NCBI GenBank assembly: GCA_963805085.1
Contig: CAWDTA010000005.1
Coordinates: 1-64,000 of the forward strand
DNA length: 64,000 nt
Origin: an uncultured Veillonellaceae bacterium
GTDB taxonomy: Bacteria > Bacillota > Negativicutes > JARBTT01
Direction: 5' to 3'
Under the pieces are notes generated by a model. That model searched no databases. It was not told where the DNA came from and saw nothing but the letters and a program-made list of their open reading frames with translations. The translations under genes and the position numbers were made by a program. Positions 61,690-64,000 of this stretch are shown here, piece by piece (the stretch's first letter is position 1; each line of letters opens with the position of its first letter).

Positions 61690-64000
61690 ATGGAGAAAAA
61701 AATATCCCAAGTTATAAGTGAGGAAGATAAAAAAAATCCAATGACTGACCAAGAAATTTCTAACAAGTTATATATTAGTCGAAGTAAAGTAAGCAAAATT
61801 AGAAATGCTTTAGAAATACCTGAGGCACAGGAAAGAAGAGAAAATTTACTGCGTGAAGAAATAACAAAAATTATAAATGCAAATTCGGGTATTTCTGAAC
61901 GGCGTTTAACAGTGGAATTAAATAAAGCAGGTTTTCATATATCTAGAAATACTATAGCATCTATAGTAAATAGTATTTCTGATACTTTAGACCTTGCTAA
62001 ATATAAAAAATCAGATTTAGAAGAAAAGTCTAATAATGATTTACATAAGGATATTCAATCAATAGATGCGTTTGCCTCAATGATTGGTTGTAACAAAAGT
62101 TTACGAACAAAAATTGAACAGGCTAAAGCTGCGATTCTTTATCCACCCAATGGGTTACATACCTTAATTATTGGCTCACCAGGAGTTGGAAAAACAGAAT
62201 TGGCCGAAGCAATGTATAAATTTTCTTTAACTTATCAAGAATTAAGTTCAGATAACTATCCGTTTATCACTTTTAATTGCGCTGATTATGCTGAGAATCC
62301 ACAATTGCTTCTAGCACAGCTTTTTGGATATCGTAAAGGTGCATTTACTGGCGCTGAAAGCGATCAAGATGGTTTGGTAACAAAGGCTGATGGAGGTATT
62401 TTATTTCTTGATGAAGTCCATCGTTTGACTTCAAATGGCCAAGAAATGTTGTTTCAACTTATTGATAAGGGCCATTATAGGCGATTAGGAGAAACAAATA
62501 CAGTTCATAAGGCTAAAGTTATGATTATTGCTGCAACGTCTGAAGACATAGAAAAAAGTCTTTTGCTTACTTTTAGACGAAGAATACCAATGGTAATAGA
62601 ACTTCCATTATTGGCTGTACGAACTTTAGAAGAAAGATTAGATATGATTAGGAAGTTTTTTTTTCAAGAAACAAATGTGCTTAATAAAAAAATTATAGTG
62701 ACTACGCATGCTTTACGTATTTTATTGAGTTATAATTGTGTAGGGAATATAGGACAATTACGTTCAGATATTCAATTGTCCTGTGCAAAAGGTTTTTTAG
62801 AATATGTAGCTAGATGTGGTGAAGACGATTCTATCATTATTGATGTTCCAACACTACCTATTCATATTTCAAAAAGTTTATATAATATAGTTTGGGATAG
62901 AGAAAAAGTTAAAAAAATTATTTCAGATGATTTAGTTTTTCTACCTGGTGCTATAATTCCTGAAAAAATAAAAAAAAGCATTTATACATTTTCTAATGAA
63001 ATTTATAAAAATATTGAGGAAGAATACCAAGAATTACAAAAGCAAGGTCTATCTGATGAAATAATCAATCGTATTATTATGGATGCTTTAGAAACTAAAG
63101 TGAAAAAAATAATCAACCAGATTGGAGCAAATAAATATAATTTAGTCACACAAGATTTTAAGGCGATAGTGCGTCCCGAGGTTATTTTGTTAGTAGAAAA
63201 GATGCTTAACATAGTGAAAGCGAAACTAGGAGACTTCGATAATACATTGTTTTATTGTTTAGCAACGCACTTAAATATTTCAATTAATAGAATAAAAAGT
63301 GGTAAGTACAGTTCAACTCTTTGTCTTAATAATGTAAAACAGTATTGTACGCAGGAATATGAAGTAGCTATAGAAATGGCATCTCTGACAAAGCAGTATA
63401 TGGGTATTGATCTACCAGAGGAAGAAATCGGATTTATTGCAATGTATCTGAAAGCTAGTATCAGTAAAGATGTATGCTCTCAGAATACGATTGGAATAGT
63501 TGTTATATCTCATGGGCACGTTGCTCAAGGAATGGTTAGCGTAGCTAATCGATTTTTAGGTGTTGACTTAGTGCAAGCTGTTGAAATGTCACTTGATGAA
63601 AAAACAGAAGATGCTCTTGTAAGAACGATGGAAGTTGTAGCTAAAGTTGATCAAGGAAAAGGTGTTTTATTATTGGTTGATATGGGATCCTTAGATACAT
63701 TTGGAAATCAAATTACATTACAGACAGGAATAGCTACAAGAACTGTTACTAGGACGGATACTTTAATGGTTATTGATGCTATTAGAAAAGTTTTGTTACC
63801 AGAAAATGATCTTGATATGGTTGCTGATTCTTTGATAAAAGAAAAAAGTTTAAAAACATCTCAGTTTGAAGAAAGCAATAGAAGTACAGCAAAAGGATAT
63901 GCCGTAATTTGTTTTTGTTTAACTGGTCAAGGTACTGCCAATTATGTTGCTGATATAATAAGAAAAGAAATTCTTCAAATAGATAAAAATATAAATATTA
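61690..64000 (+). CDS. LevR/DgaR-type sigma54 activator with PRD and PTS domains (runs off the window; absent from the ORF track)
   Basis: MEKKISQVISEEDKKNPMTDQEIS; IIGSPGVGKTE, GAFTGA, LFLDEVH; PRD LATHL; EIIA-man ISHGHVAQGM. Confidence 0.9.
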   Translation, partial: MEKKISQVISEEDKKNPMTDQEISNKLYISRSKVSKIRNALEIPEAQERRENLLREEITKIINANSGISERRLTVELNKAGFHISRNTIASIVNSISDTLDLAKYKKSDLEEKSNNDLHKDIQSIDAFASMIGCNKSLRTKIEQAKAAILYPPNGLHTLIIGSPGVGKTELAEAMYKFSLTYQELSSDNYPFITFNCADYAENPQLLLAQLFGYRKGAFTGAESDQDGLVTKADGGILFLDEVHRLTSNGQEMLFQLIDKGHYRRLGETNTVHKAKVMIIAATSEDIEKSLLLTFRRRIPMVIELPLLAVRTLEERLDMIRKFFFQETNVLNKKIIVTTHALRILLSYNCVGNIGQLRSDIQLSCAKGFLEYVARCGEDDSIIIDVPTLPIHISKSLYNIVWDREKVKKIISDDLVFLPGAIIPEKIKKSIYTFSNEIYKNIEEEYQELQKQGLSDEIINRIIMDALETKVKKIINQIGANKYNLVTQDFKAIVRPEVILLVEKMLNIVKAKLGDFDNTLFYCLATHLNISINRIKSGKYSSTLCLNNVKQYCTQEYEVAIEMASLTKQYMGIDLPEEEIGFIAMYLKASISKDVCSQNTIGIVVISHGHVAQGMVSVANRFLGVDLVQAVEMSLDEKTEDALVRTMEVVAKVDQGKGVLLLVDMGSLDTFGNQITLQTGIATRTVTRTDTLMVIDAIRKVLLPENDLDMVADSLIKEKSLKTSQFEESNRSTAKGYAVICFCLTGQGTANYVADIIRKEILQIDKNINI

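Noticed and set aside
6859-63212. Many 60-150 aa antisense or alternative-frame ORFs inside larger genes
   Set aside because: Shadow frames of well-supported CDSs, with no recognisable motifs.

Overview
AT-rich Bacillota (Firmicutes) DNA, probably from a Negativicute (Sporomusaceae/Selenomonadaceae-like; inferred from gene content, not proven). It opens with the end of an rRNA operon (23S 3' end, 5S, 11 tRNAs) and a separate tRNA-Leu. About 60 kb of accessory mosaic follows: a LysR-controlled adc-ctfA-ctfB-thl-secondary ADH (acetone/isopropanol) cluster; ornithine decarboxylase/PotE; an orphan tail-fibre-like gene; a LacI-xylB-sugar porter unit; a ferredoxin-less TSCCCP-type [FeFe]-hydrogenase; a duplicated, reciprocally eroded xylan/arabinan hydrolase operon; oleate hydratase; and a sigma54/LevR-type PTS operon ending in a RuBisCO-like protein. 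Three repeat families punctuate the blocks: (i) five decayed REP-associated tyrosine transposase (RAYT) genes plus REP-like motifs at many truncation points; (ii) six same-strand copies of an unknown ~107-aa ORF, mostly 5'-truncated, most ending in a shared hairpin; (iii) a conserved promoter and/or covarying 5'-leader hairpin at seven sites in front of unrelated genes. The best candidates for undescribed biology are the PTS-dehydrogenase-RLP pathway, the leader-hairpin regulon, the RAYT/REP-punctuated cassette array and the natural isopropanol operon. All calls come from motif recognition by eye; no searches were run.
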